Counted from the first letter of the stretch, positions 27,741 to 40,428 are shown. The stretch: 50,981 bases of DNA from Tubiluchus corallicola (GCA_030141605.1 JAQGDQ010001268.1:1-50981); one strand, 5' to 3'. Notes: a model not told the origin generated them from the sequence alone. Numbers and translations: made by a program.

Positions 27741-28685
27741 GTAAAGCAAAGCCGTTTGCCTCAACAATTCAATAACTACAGTTGTTTTACGTAAATTTTA
27801 CTTAGTTGTGGACGAGAAAGTTAGCTTGGGAACGAGAAAAAATGAACTAGGTAAGGTGTTAGCTAGCTGTTAAAACTGTTACTATTATAATAGCATGGGC
27901 TGCAAAGTGTTGTCAAGTGTACAAAATGTGTTGCATGGTTCACTTAACCTTTGACCTTTTCACGATCGTCTTTAATCGCTGGAGCTGTGAAAAGGCTTAT
28001 CCCAATAAAATTTCGTTTTTTTCTTCCTGGAACAGGGACCAGCGTGACGGTAGGGTTTTCGACGATTTCAATGCAAAAGGAACCTGCAAGAAAGATTTGG
28101 AATTTGATAAAGAGCCTTTGCCTATGCCTATGCATTTGCCGCCCATTGGATAAGAATATTGCAGTGCATAAAAAAGACACCATTCCCAGAATGGCGTCAT
28201 TATTCTCTTAGTAAACAAACTAAATTCCCGATAAGAATGGAATTAAATTAAATTAAAGCTTAACTTTCTTAAACATATTTTAATTGATTAGATTATACTG
28301 TTTTTAAAACTGGTTGATGTATCCGTATCAGACCTTGCGTTAGAGATGTACTAAACGTACCTTGATTTCGTATAATCTGAATTAATGATAAATTATTAAC
28401 TATTGTCGTAGTTAGAACTTTTTTTCACTTCAAACTTGGAAATTTGATTAATGTTAGGTGATTTTAAAATTGATTGTCAGGTGATAGATTGTCAGGTGAT
28501 TAATATTAATTGATAGTAAATAAAATTGATTAAAAATAAATTTATTTGAAGTTCGTTTTATGTTCAAATATTTCAAAGTTTGTAAATATTTGTTGAAAAT
28601 GTTTTTCCAAGAGAGACGAAGTCACCATATAAGCATACACACATTAATATATGCAAAAGTTATAAATAGCGTAAAGGTACGACTC

Positions 28686-29612
28686 CATGCGTTCGCAAGG
28701 AGTGACGCGTGATCCGTAATGCGTATACAACAGTTGGTATTTAAACATGTAGAAGTGTTTCCATGTGTACGTAATGCGTGATGCTAGATCCATAATGCGT
28801 ATACAACAGTTGGTATTTAAACTTGTACAAGTGTTTGCATGTGTACGTAATGCGTGATGCGAGATCCGTAATGCGTATACAGCAGTTGGTATTTAAACAC
28901 GTAGAAGTGTTTCCATGTGTACGTAATGCGTGATGCGAGATCCATAATGCGTATACAACAGTTGGTATTTAAACTTGTACAAGTGTTTGTATGTGTACGT
29001 AAAGCGTGATGCGAGATCCGTAATGCGTATACAGCAGTTGGTATTTAAACACGTAGAAGTGTTTCCATGTGTACGTAATGCGTGATGCGAGATCCGTAAT
29101 GCGTATACAACAGTTGGTATTTAAACACGTAGAAGTGTTTCCATGCGTACCTAATGCGTGATGCGTGATCCGTAATGCGTATACAACAGTTGGTATTTAA
29201 ACACGTAGAAGTGTTTCCATGTGTACGTAATGCGTGATGCGTGATCCGTAATGCGTACACAACAGTTGGTATTTAAGCACGTAGAAGCGTTTCCATGTGT
29301 ACCTAATGCGTGATGCGTGATCCGTAATGCGTATACAACAGTTGGTATTTAAACACGTAGAAGCGTTTCCATGTGTACCTAATGCGTGATGCGTGATTCG
29401 TAATGCGTATACAACAGTTGGTATTTAAACACGTAGAAGCGTTTCCATGTGTACCTAATGCGTGATGCGTGATGCGTGATGCGTGATACGTAGTGCGTGA
29501 TGCGAGATCCGTAATGCGTATACAACAGTTGGTATTTAAACACGTAGAAGGGTTTCCATGTGTACCTAATGCGTGATGCGTGATGCGTATACAACAGTTG
29601 GTATTTAAACAC
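28686..29612. repeat. ~76-bp tandem repeat with internal ATGCGTG heptamers
   Basis: Period 76 (28724, 28800, ...). Also at 31140-31282 and 48020-48555. Confidence 0.9.
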
Positions 29613-29868
29613 GAGACAGAAAGTTTGGAATAAGTGGCATAAAAGCAAAGATGGACACGATCGTTGCTTTAGCTAAAATCGCTGTTTTGCCAACGCTACT
29701 GTATGTCGCTACATCCTGGCTAGATTCAAAAATAATACACTATACACCGAATAACTGGAAAAAATTTCTGTGATTGCTGTGATTTCTGCGCAGGAGTGAT
29801 TTTGTGCTGTCACGTGATTTCAATCCCTCCACGCTCCACCAGTGTGGTCACTATTTTGCTTCTCAGAA

Positions 29869-30248
29869 TAGGAGTGAGCATTCTCTACCAGAAAGCGAAT
29901 TCGAATCGAACCGAATTTGTGACTTTCGAATTCGAATCGCACCGAACTTCAGTGTTTCGAATTCGAACCGAATTGGAATTGAGATCGAAAGATTTTCGAA
30001 CAAGTTTTCGAACCGCCAGTAAAAATTAGTCGTACAAAGATCATGCATGTCACTAGATTTTGTTCTGCAATAAAGTGACTAGTAATTTGTTTAAAGTTTT
30101 GTGCAAAAATCACAGCTAAATTATGCTAATTGCTAATACTAATTTAAATGATACTAATTTTAATGATCAGGAACATATGTGATTGAAGTGCTGAATTATT
30201 CGAATCTATAGTTTTGGATTCGAATCGAACGTTCGATGCTCACCCCTA
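29869..30248. mobile_element. hAT-type MITE, copy 2
   Basis: Same TIRs. Perfect TSD TCTCAGAA (29861-29868 and 30249-30256). Confidence 0.9.
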
Positions 30249-30354
30249 TCTCAGAATCATTATTTTAGACAATTTCGCCCTGTTAGTTGATTATATTATC
30301 AAAACGTGATCTAACGGTTAACTTATCTGACGTGTAATTTAAAATCCTTTTTAA

Positions 30355-30778
30355 CCCTTTCAGTCCCAAATTATTTTTTTAATAAGAAAAATTTTTTGGC
30401 TCCGCACTTTTTTCCCAATGTATCCTGTGAGATACACGACATTCTTTATCATATGCAAGTTCGACTTTTTTAAAAACACAAAAGCAAAAAATGTGCTTCA
30501 TTTTGCAACTGCTGATAATTTTTTAAAGTATTTAAGACATTTAGTATGCACGCCATGCTGATCTGTACAAAGTCGTCTCTAAAGTACTGTACCTTGCACA
30601 GTTTTTTATGCTATGTAGATTTTCTAGTTTGCCATTTTATCACCATTTTAGTCTATTGTTATTGGCTTAAATCAATTTAACTATTAACAGATCAAATAAC
30701 TGTCAGTTTTAAAGTTTTATTAATTTTAAAGGCAGAAAATATTCTCGTATCCCACGGGATAAGACGGGTATGAAAGGG
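30355..30778. mobile_element. piggyBac-type MITE, copy 2 (inverted relative to copy 1)
   Basis: TTAA flanks at 30351-30354 and 30779-30782, CCCTTTCA TIRs. Confidence 0.85.
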
Positions 30779-31439
30779 TTAAGGTTCCAATCTAGGCCGA
30801 CTTTTGCATTTCTTTTCTTACAGCGGAGTTTGATTAAAAAATAATTAATAACTAGTGAGCATTTGATGATAGGAGATTCTTTAATCTAGCAGCTTTTGTT
30901 TTTCAAATAAATTTAAATAGTTTTAATAGTTAACATGCATGTTATTACATGTATGGAATTACTGTTGTGCTTCAAAGTTTCAGTGAAATCAGAACTTGTG
31001 ACTTAACACCAGCGGCGGAACTAGGGGGGAGCGAGGAGGTGCGCGCGCCCGCTTGTCAAAGTTTGCCCCCCCCCTGCAAAATCGGACAAATAATTTTTTT
31101 GCATTGAAAATTGCAGTTCGCATGTAATCATTTTCAAGATGTTTCCATGTGTACGTAATGCGTGATGTGATGCGTGATCCGTAATGCGTATTCAGCAGTT
31201 GGTATTTAAACACGTAGAAGTGTTTCCATGTGTACCTAATGCGTGATGCGTAATGCGTATACAACAGTTGGTATTTAAACACGAGACAGAAAGCTTGGAA
31301 TAAATGGCATAAAATCAAAAAATTCTGTTTTACATACAAAAGAATTAAAGATGGACACGATCGTTGCTTTAGCTAAAATCGCTGTTTTGCCAACGCTACT
31401 GTATGTCGCTACATCCTGGCTAGATTCAAAAATACAGGC

Positions 31440-33848
31440 TTTCGACGAACTTATATATACTCAAAACGCCCGTTAGTGTTAAATACAATCCTCCTAAAAC
31501 TGAACTAGAATTAATATGTGGTTTACCTCCAATCGATATACTGTACTCGCCTATTGTCAGCAAATGTTTAATGAAAGCATTAGATAAACCAGAGGATGGT
31601 GTAGTTAGGTGTGAAATTCAACTTACTGAGCAGCTTCATAATCTGGGCCAATGAAAGCATTAGATAAACCAGAGGATGGTGTAGTTAGGTGTGAAATTTA
31701 ACTTATTGATTAGCTGCGTAATCTGGACCAATACTTTTGTAGCATACTGTTTATTTTCCCCCAGAAAGTCTATTGAGAAATAGTGTGATGATGGTGTTAT
31801 CAATAATAATAATTAACACGACAACCAAGCTATTGTCATATTATCAACCAAACCTGAAAACAAGTATTAAAAAATGGTTCAGTTGCCCTTTAAACCCAAG
31901 ATTTAGGAATTTAAGTTCTGCGGGTTGGTTTGTAGCATTCAATTTTGTGCGCGATATGAAGCCGTCTGATCAACTTGTGAATGCGGAGTGGTGACCCAGA
32001 AAACTCGTCACGATACAGGTGTACAAGGTAGAAAACAGTTGAGCTTTGGTTTTGGACCCGAAAACATTACATAGGTCAGACTTTTCGTAATGGCAGTTTT
32101 GCTGAACTTTCAAATGAAAGTGTTTGTCCATTTTACTGCCGTCGTAGTTGATGAGTGAGGATTTTGGACAGTTAATGGTCTCCCAAGAACCCGATGTTAT
32201 GGTGATAGTACTGGTGGCTGGAGGACTACCGGTTGAGCGATAGACGAGAAGGACAAGACAGTTCTCTTGTTTATTTGAGGCCAGCAAGAGGTGTCTAGAG
32301 CTTCAAACTATTTCACGGGATCCCGATCTGTAAGCTGATTTATTCTTTGCCATGCAGCGTATCATGGGCACAGATGGACTAATGGTATTCACAATTGATA
32401 AATGTTCAATATAAACGTGATCCTACACGAGTTGAAGTCATGCCAGACATTGAAATTATGCATGAAGTTTAGCAACGAAATGTTTCCCGGATGCTGCTAA
32501 TTTACACGTGACGTCACAGCCCTGAATGCTATTCTTAACCCGTTAACTTGCTAGCGTTTCCCCAGGGGTGGCTGGTAGTTAAGATAAGCCCTTAGACTAG
32601 CGTTTTCTACGGTTAGTTTAGCTTATGTCCAATAGAAATATTAACAAGACATTATAGTTATGAACACTGTTTATTTTTGGTGATATTGCTTAATTTTGCA
32701 TTCAATTTTGCCCAGTAACGTTTTCTGATATTTTTGCCAATGTTTTGTTTCGATGTATTGTGCATTAATGACATATTTGGTCGGTTTGATTTTCGTGCCT
32801 AATGTTTTGTCATTAAACGTGATTACAGTATACTATGATTATTATTGTTGCATCATTGTCCTGTTGCATTTGATTCAATTAACCGACAAGTGCTAATACA
32901 GAATCCCACAAGAACCAAGACCATCTTGAAGTGGTAGCACCCCCCCCCCCGTAGACTACCCTTGCTGCGAAGCCACTATCTGGAGTTTGTGGGCAGATCC
33001 CTCTTTAAAGTAATAATTTTATGGAAAATTTTTGCTCGGCCAAGGAATCTCCAGTGACTACCTTACATCTAGTCAGGCCTGCCCCATCTGCACAAGTCGT
33101 AACAGCTTTAATCATTTTTTGGCTAATCACATAGCAAAAGTTAAATTGTTTTTAAAGATTACAAAAGGTGTAGAAATTGCCCGTAATGATAAGTTGACGA
33201 TCGGTAATTTGGACAACACAAAGGTCAGATATAATAAAAATGAAGTGGACAAATACATCAAAGTTTTATGGAGTAGAAAAGTACAACATGTAAACCAGTT
33301 GACCAGTAATCCGCGAGAGTTAATTCCTGTATTTACAACACCATTAGATATACCAGTCAGTAAATATGACAGATTTATAGAAACAAGTGCCTTAGCTCTT
33401 CTACTTGGAAGAGGTTGCAAATCATTTAAATACAGGATAGGTATAACTGATTCAGATCTGTGTGTTTGCGGTTTGGGCAGTCAAACCCCAGAACGTTTAA
33501 TTTTTCATTGTCCGTTACCATTGGTTAGACAAGATATAAGAGTGAATCTCGAACGCAGCTTAGAAAATAATGACATTCGAAATATTTACAGAAAGAGAGA
33601 CACTAATGTAATTAAAATGTATATAGATATTGTAAAAGAACTACCGCAAAATGATCTTACAGCAAATTGATTATACATTGATTATAAATATTGGATATAT
33701 ATTTAGAATAAGTAAATCGTAATGCAAAATTGTCAGCTTGTTTAGTACGAAATTTATTTAATGTACATAATGTAAAGACTTATTTAACATTTTTGTACTT
33801 TGTGCCCTGCAAACAGAGGGCTTATTGTATAATTTTCAATAAAGATTT

Positions 33849-33923
<75 letters not shown>

Positions 33924-33961
33924 GTAATAATAATAATAATAATAATAATCATAATAATAAC
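31440..33961 (+). mobile_element. 3' part of a LINE, interrupted by ~1.5 kb of unrelated sequence
   Basis: ILKTPVSVKYNPPKTELELICGLPPIDIL at about 31457-31590. ORF 33032-33670 has a degenerate C-terminal zinc knuckle (LCVCGLGSQTPERLIFHCP). AATAAA + (AAT)n tail at 33850-33961. Confidence 0.75.
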
Positions 33962-33984
33962 AATTTGCGAGTTGATATCGACAC

Positions 33985-34340
33985 CTGGCGCAGAGAATAG
34001 AAAAGGAAGTGTCAGCTGGCCCTTCCTGTCAAAGAGTAACTCGCAGCAAGTTAATCTCTCTAGTCTAAACATGCTTGTGAGTTACCTGACGAGTTACTCC
34101 TGACATTTCTCGCTGTGAATAGAGCAGCAAGTGTCAGCTCGCCATTACTGTCAAAGAGTAACTCGCAGCAAGTTAATCTCTCTAGTCTAAACGCGCTTGT
34201 GAGTTACCTGACCAGTTACTCTCGACACTTCTCGCTGTGAATAGAGAAGTGAGTGACAGCTCGCCTTTACTCTCGGTGAGTAACTCGCAGTAAGTTAATC
34301 TCTCTAGTCTAAACGCGCTTGTGAGTTACTTGTCAAGTTA
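33985..34340. repeat. 122-bp tandem repeat x~3
   Basis: GAGTAACTCGCAG(C/T)AAGTTAATCTCTCTAGTCTAAAC at about 34034, 34156 and 34278. Confidence 0.85.
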
Positions 34341-34723
34341 CTTGGCAAAATAGCTTTACCTTGAAGGTCATAAATTGATATGGGATGTACAGCACACTTG
34401 CAAAGTTCAGTTTCCACAAACACTAGGAGAATGTAATCAGTCTTGTCAGGGAGATGGTGACTACAGAACAATTGTGACTGAAAATGAATGGGACTTTGGT
34501 GGATCCAAGTCTGAACTCGCTCGACTGTGTCGTGTTGACAAAAGGTATAACAGTAGAATATTCAACGTTTATTGATACACAAGTTTCCACAGAAATATAG
34601 GTAAAATGATGTCTGAATATAATGTCTTGTAAAAGCCAACTGCTAGTACAGAATATAGCAAAACTAGAGCAACCGTTCACTATTAGGTTAAACCCATTTC
34701 TAGTGTAGGTAATAGATAGATAG

Positions 34724-35131
34724 TAGGGGTGAGCATCGAACGTTCGAATTCGATTCGAACTAGTTTTTTTTAGTTCGAACTCGATTCGAATCCAAAACTA
34801 TAGATTCGAATAATTCGGCACTTCAATCACAGCTGTTCCTGATCACTAAAACGATTGAAACATCATGCAATTAGCATAATTTAGCTGTGATTTCTGCACA
34901 CAATTTTAAACAAATTACTAGTCGTTTTATTGCAGAACAAAATCTAGTGATATGCAGGATCTTTGTAAGACTAATTTTTACTGGTGGTTCGAAAACTTGT
35001 TCGAAAATCGTTCAATCTCAATTCGAATTCGGTTCGAATTCGAAACACCGAAGCACGGTTCGATTCGAATTCGAAAGTCACAAATTAGGTTCGATTCGAA
35101 TTCGCTTTCTGGTAGAGAATGCTCACCCCTA
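34724..35131. mobile_element. hAT-type MITE, copy 3
   Basis: Same TIRs, opposite orientation to copies 1-2. Degenerate TSD ATAGATAG/TTAGATAC. Confidence 0.85.
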
Positions 35132-36107
35132 TTAGATACAGAGCAACCGTTCACTATTACGTTAAACTCATTTTTAGAATAGGTAACAGATATATTTAGC
35201 CATATGTAACTACAGTAATAGCGGTTTTACAGGTTATTAATATAATTGCAAATTAAATGTATTTTTTTATGATTTTCGGTCGTTCACAAAGACAGTCTGA
35301 ACCCCCCACCGTTATAAACTCAGAATTTGAGTAGACAGCGGTGCTCAGATAAAACGGATCACAGTTTTTATATCATGGAAGCTAATTTAACGCTCATTAC
35401 ACGTGGAAAGACAGGTTATTCATGTGTGTAGTAGCTTCTTTACGGGTAGTTAACTTTTGCTTGTGTTTCTAGCTTGGCTTGGTGGATCTGTGCAGTTCAG
35501 TACAGAACACGTTTTAATATACGTAATGTTAACACAAAGGTAGAGAAACTTAAAGGTTTTTGCACTTCAGAAATGATCTTTTGCTGATTTTTGGTGATTT
35601 TTGCTAATGTTTGGTGATTTTTGGTGATTTTTGCTGATGTTTGGTGATTTTTTTTTATTTTTGGTGTCGCAAAACATTTATCAACTCACTATTTCAGTAT
35701 ATAAATGGCACATCTTTTCTTTCTAAGCAAGTATAAGTATCACAATACTACTATAATGGGCTTATATCGGATTGTAATTATTAACATACATTAATAATAA
35801 CATTGGGCTAAAATGAACATGCGTGGGCGGATTCAACCATTTTAGTACCGTAAATGTTCTTAGTCTTGTGTTTCCACTTAAGTTTGACCGTGTTATCTGT
35901 CACGGTGTGTTGCAAGTGTGAAACTGACAAAAGGATAAAATTTTAGCTTTATTACAATGTACCTTACACTTATTACACATTACTTTACACAAATAAACCA
36001 CACTTTCCCAATTCCAGATTTCCTCCCTATTGAATAAACATCTTCATCTTCTAGTTGAAATAATTATTGTATATAATGAGGTATAGAAATGCTTTCTTTT
36101 TCGTTTA

Positions 36108-36400
36108 CTACCAAATTTCCCTAGTACCAAAAATTCCTTTTAGCAATATTTCTTAGTGCTAAACGATCTGGTACCAAAAATCTCCCCTACCATCTTTTCC
36201 TAGTACCAAAAATTTCTAGTACAAAACTTTCCTGGTACCAAAATTTCCTCTTACCAAAATTACCTGTAGCAAACTTACCTGTGCCAATCTTAATTGAACC
36301 AAACTTACTTGCACCAAACTTACTTGCCCCAAACTTACTTGCACCAAACTTACTTGCACCAAACTTACTTGCACCAAACTTACTTGCACCAGACTTTTCT
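36108..36400. repeat. ~20-bp minisatellite (ACCAAACTTACTTGC family)
   Basis: Diverged ~20-bp units grading into near-perfect 15-bp units. Confidence 0.75.
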
Positions 36401-36571
36401 GCATTCACTGGAATGTACGCATTTCCTTAATTTGTAACAAATAATATGAATTTATACTGGATGAAGTAATTCATGAATTCATGAAGTAATAATTTACGTG
36501 GTTTTCTAAATCAATTACTATTTCTTTTCACAGTTGCAAATCAAAATATTTAGACAATTGAGAGTTCAACA

Positions 36572-37507
36572 ATGATGCTATCCAAAACAACAATGTGCCA
36601 TATCAAACGCAGCCTGATGATGATTGGCTTAGTGGTTCTGTTGATGACGTCATTCAAACTGCAGCCAATCAGAACCATGTCAGTGATGCTTGCAAAGATA
36701 CCTGCAGAAATGTCTAGTGGCAGCGGCGTGTCTTTTAAACGTCACTTGCCTCATTGTATCATAATCGGTGCTCAGAAATGTGGAACAAGGGCACTATTAG
36801 ACATTCTTAGCTTTCATCCAAAGATAAAAGTCGCGAAAAGAGAATTAAAATTTTTCAATAAAAAGGAAAATTACCGTAACGGGTTGGAGTGGTACCGTAG
36901 TAGTATGCCACTGTCGTCTCCTGATCAGATCACCATTGAGAAAGATCCGAACTATTTTGCTAGCAAACAAGCACCTTCCCGGATACAGGAAATGAATTCC
37001 GGCGTCAAGCTTGTTTTGATTGTAAGAGATCCGGTCGCAAGAGCCGTATCGGCATTTTTGCAGTACCGTTCCGCGCCCGAGTTCCGGAACAGAGTTCCCG
37101 GAACATTCGAAGAGTTCGTTCTAGATGAACGTTACGCTAAGTTACTGAACAGAACTTTGGACTGGGGTTGTTACTACAAACACCTGAAACGTTGGCTGCA
37201 ATATTTTCCACCGGAACAAATTCACATTGCCGACGGTGACGAACTGATTAAGAATCCGTTGAAGGAAATTTCAAAGATTGAATGTTTCTTGGGTATTCAG
37301 CATTTTGTTACGAAGGATAACGTTTACTTCAACGAGACGAAGGGCTTCTACTGTTTCAAACGGGGAGAACGGAAGAGGTGCTTGTCCAGCGCCAAAGGTC
37401 GTCCCCATCCCAATGTTTCAGAAAACGTTTTGGCCAAACTGAGGAAATTTTATCGTGTAAAAAATGAAAAGTTTTATCAGTTAATCGACAGATACTTGAA
37501 CTGGTAA
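36572..37507 (+). CDS. HS3ST1: Heparan sulfate glucosamine 3-O-sulfotransferase-like protein (311 aa)
   Basis: N-terminal hydrophobic anchor. 5'-PSB IIIGAQKCGTRAL, GLEWYRSSMP, EKDPNYF, 3'-PB LIVRDPVARAVS, WLQYFP, KGFYC...CL...KGRPHP, LRKFY. Splice-acceptor-like ttcttttcacag ends at 36533. Symbol is family-level only; orthology not established. Confidence 0.9.
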   Translation: MMLSKTTMCHIKRSLMMIGLVVLLMTSFKLQPIRTMSVMLAKIPAEMSSGSGVSFKRHLPHCIIIGAQKCGTRALLDILSFHPKIKVAKRELKFFNKKENYRNGLEWYRSSMPLSSPDQITIEKDPNYFASKQAPSRIQEMNSGVKLVLIVRDPVARAVSAFLQYRSAPEFRNRVPGTFEEFVLDERYAKLLNRTLDWGCYYKHLKRWLQYFPPEQIHIADGDELIKNPLKEISKIECFLGIQHFVTKDNVYFNETKGFYCFKRGERKRCLSSAKGRPHPNVSENVLAKLRKFYRVKNEKFYQLIDRYLNW

Positions 37508-38189
37508 CTAAGCTACGTTAATATTATCACTGTATTATGTGGTATGTAATATTATGTATCTGGAAATAGATTATTTCATTGGTTTGCTTAATGCTATTGC
37601 TATATTGTTGTGTTTCAACTGATTCTTCTGTGTTTATTCGTGATACAAGCCGTTTCACAGTTTCGTTGTGCGCATGCGCACTTGCTGTAGTTCAAAGGTG
37701 CACCACAGCAACGCGTGACGTGAGATGAGTGTAAAGAAAAGCCATCTGCTACGTCAGTTCAGTAACTGCAATTGTTTCATAATGTATGTTACTTAATTGT
37801 ACATTAGTTTGCGTGTACTAGCAGGATCTTGTTTGGGAACAAGAAAAAATGAACTAGGTAAGGTTCCAACTAGCTGCTAAAACTGTTACTATTATAACAG
37901 CATCAGCTGCGTGGCGTTGTCAAGTGTACACAAATGCGTTGTCAGGTACAGTTAACCTTTGACATTTTAACGATCATAATCAATCGTGAAACTGTAAAGA
38001 GGGTTATTGAAACTGTAAACTTAGTCACAACTGGTGTCCCAAAACCACCTATTTTGTATGATTCTGAACAGTTTAAATCAGGTTCTCGGTGTTTGGAAAA
38101 GATGATTATTTCACGTACATTGGCGTAGCTTGAAAGACATAGAATATGATGAACCCGCGTTGATGTTTATTTATTTTTTATTTATTTAT

Positions 38190-38493
38190 TATTATTATCC
38201 CATTCAGTACAATATAATGACATTAAGCACACAGTGACATCAAAATTATTACATCTACTGTATTAAATTGTTATGTTTCATTCACTATCGTTATCATAAA
38301 AGAATAATTGTACTGCAGTGGGCTAGAGAAGCAAAGGCTTGTATAAGCCCACTGTCATGTGAACCCGATAAAAAAAGAATGGATGAGTGAACAAAAAAAA
38401 GAACTGGGAGAAAGGTTAGATCACACAGGAAGGGTAGAAGGATGTGTTAGTGGAAATGTAGGTAGAAAGATAATAGATTGTGCTATGTTGACA
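38190..38493 (-). mobile_element. 3'UTR fragment of the LINE family seen at 9615-10163
   Basis: Reverse complement of about 9864-10155. Confidence 0.75.
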
Positions 38494-39200
38494 TAAATAC
38501 ATTAAATCATTACAAAATTGTTACAAAAATTATTACAACCTGTACTCTTCTTTTGCAGTTTTTAATTTTGTATATAATTTTATATCTGCATCACTGATCT
38601 TGACCTAAAATAAATAATAAATAAAATGCCAATGATTTAATATCAGAAGATTTGTGTGAAATGTATAATGTATTTAGCAATTAACACTATGAAATGGGCA
38701 AAGTCCTCCCCCCCCCCACCTAAGGACAGGTTACAACATAAGAGAATAACAGACATGTTGCAGTAAGTGTATTTATAATTAAATAGAACAATCTTTAATT
38801 GCAACTAAATAATGATCGTAAATAGGCACTTTTTAAGGTAAAATAACAGCATCGTCATAAACTGTTTATGTCTATTATAGATTTTGGGCAGGCCGAATTC
38901 TAAAATAAAAAATCTGTCCTCAAGACAGGTAAAGAAAGCCATTTATTCGATACAAATTTAGGCACTACTTTGCCAGTGGTTTGTCTGCCTTTCAGAGTTT
39001 TAGAATTAGTTTCAGAGATCTTTTTCAATCTTTTAGGACGCGACATTTGGCCACATAGTGAAAAAGACCAGTGCTGCACCCTCTAGGAGAATGAAATGAT
39101 CTTGTGGGGATTTCAGGATTCAGAGGCACCAATACATCATTTGCATTACAGTAAAGAGAATGTGTAAAATGTTAAATATTTAATGATTAATGGCTTGATA

Positions 39201-40170
39201 CCGTAAAACGGGGTGAGTTCGCCACCCGAGGGTGAGTTCGCCACCCCTTACGTAATGGCTATTGTAGGCTTGCTGTAACTATTGTTCAGTGTTTAATGAA
39301 CAGACATCATGATCACCGTCATTATAAACAGTTTGCGACAGTTATCTTCTTTCAATTCGCACTAGAAGTATTCCATTCTGCGCTACATATTATTTGTCTA
39401 CTATTTCTTGCTACTTAACATGCCACGCACCTGCACCCCTGTACCTGGTCATAGATACCAAAATTATACCCCAGAAGCTCTGGAAGCTGCCCTACATGCC
39501 GTCAAGAATACCAACAAGACAATCAGCGCAGCGGCGAGGCAATTCGGAGTTCCAAGAAAGACCCTTTCTGACAAACTCTCAGGAACTCATCCGCGGAAGA
39601 CCGGAGGTCAGCCAGTGTTCTCCGCCGCCGAGGAGCACGAAATCGCCAACACTCCAAGTGGCCGCTGAGTGGGGGTTCCCAATGACTGCCATCGATCTCT
39701 GACTACTGATTAAGAGTGTTCTTGACGCGAAGGGAATCCAGGAACGACGATTCAAGGCAAACACCCCTGGAATAGACTTTGTTAAATCATTCGCCCGAAG
39801 GAACAATCTGGTTTTCAGAGTGGCTGGCAACATCAAGGGCGCCCGCGATAAGGTCAGTGCACAAGACGTTCAAGCCTTCCTTGCCAACGTAGAAGTTTCT
39901 ATTTGAAAACTAAAACTAGACATTTTTCATAATTTTTTCATAGGGTGGCGAACTCACCCCCAACCAGCCAATCACAACCAGTTAAGTTCAGCTGCCTAGA
40001 ATGGCATTAACCAGTGTTAAATTGTTAGTGGCGAATTCACCCCACGTTAGTATTTCATTCGAAAGGCAATATAAAGTTTGAACTAAGAAAATCGGTTGGG
40101 TAATTCTCTTGCTATGGCAGGAAACGTAAAAAATACCCCTAAAAAGTGGCGAACTCACCCCGTTTTACGG
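39201..40170 (+). mobile_element. Internally deleted pogo-type (Tc1/mariner superfamily) DNA transposon
   Basis: TA TSDs. 25-bp TIR CCGTAAAACGGGGTGAGTTCGCCAC. From ATG 39420, a psq-type HTH (ISAAARQFGVPRKTLSDKL) and a CENP-B-like HTH remnant (WGFPMT..., PGIDFVKSFARRN) with a frameshift and stop. No DDE domain. Confidence 0.9.
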
Positions 40171-40428
40171 TAATTAAAGATGTTACATATCTAGAAAGGA
40201 CGCCTTGGAAGCCAAACTTCTGAACACGAGATTAAGGTGAGGCAGTCACGTGACGGCCTCTCCAATAAGATTCCCAAATATGGAAGTGCCCATTCTGGAC
40301 CGGCAGCCTGACGCCAGTGTGAAAGCCATGGGCTGGAGAAGTCTGCTAGGAGATCAGATCAGACTAGGATCTCGAGGAGGAAGGTTAGAGAGACAAATCA
40401 GGGGGCTTCGCATTGCTATGTTATATAG

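Larger units (their letters stand above)
24510..28047 (+). pseudogene. IGFBP-domain gene copy 2, truncated by deletion
   Basis: Exons 24510-24559 and 27352-27499 are intact. Exon 3 (from 28036) lacks 77 bp (equivalent to 22981-23057), giving GGA CCA GCG TGA and losing the last 4 Cys. Confidence 0.85.

Noticed and set aside
33032-33670. Stand-alone 212-aa gene
   Set aside because: It is the C-terminal zinc-knuckle region of a LINE ORF2 followed by an (AAT)n tail.
34360-34600. Coding-like stretch with a minus-strand donor site
   Set aside because: No recognisable motif, clear acceptor or partner exons.
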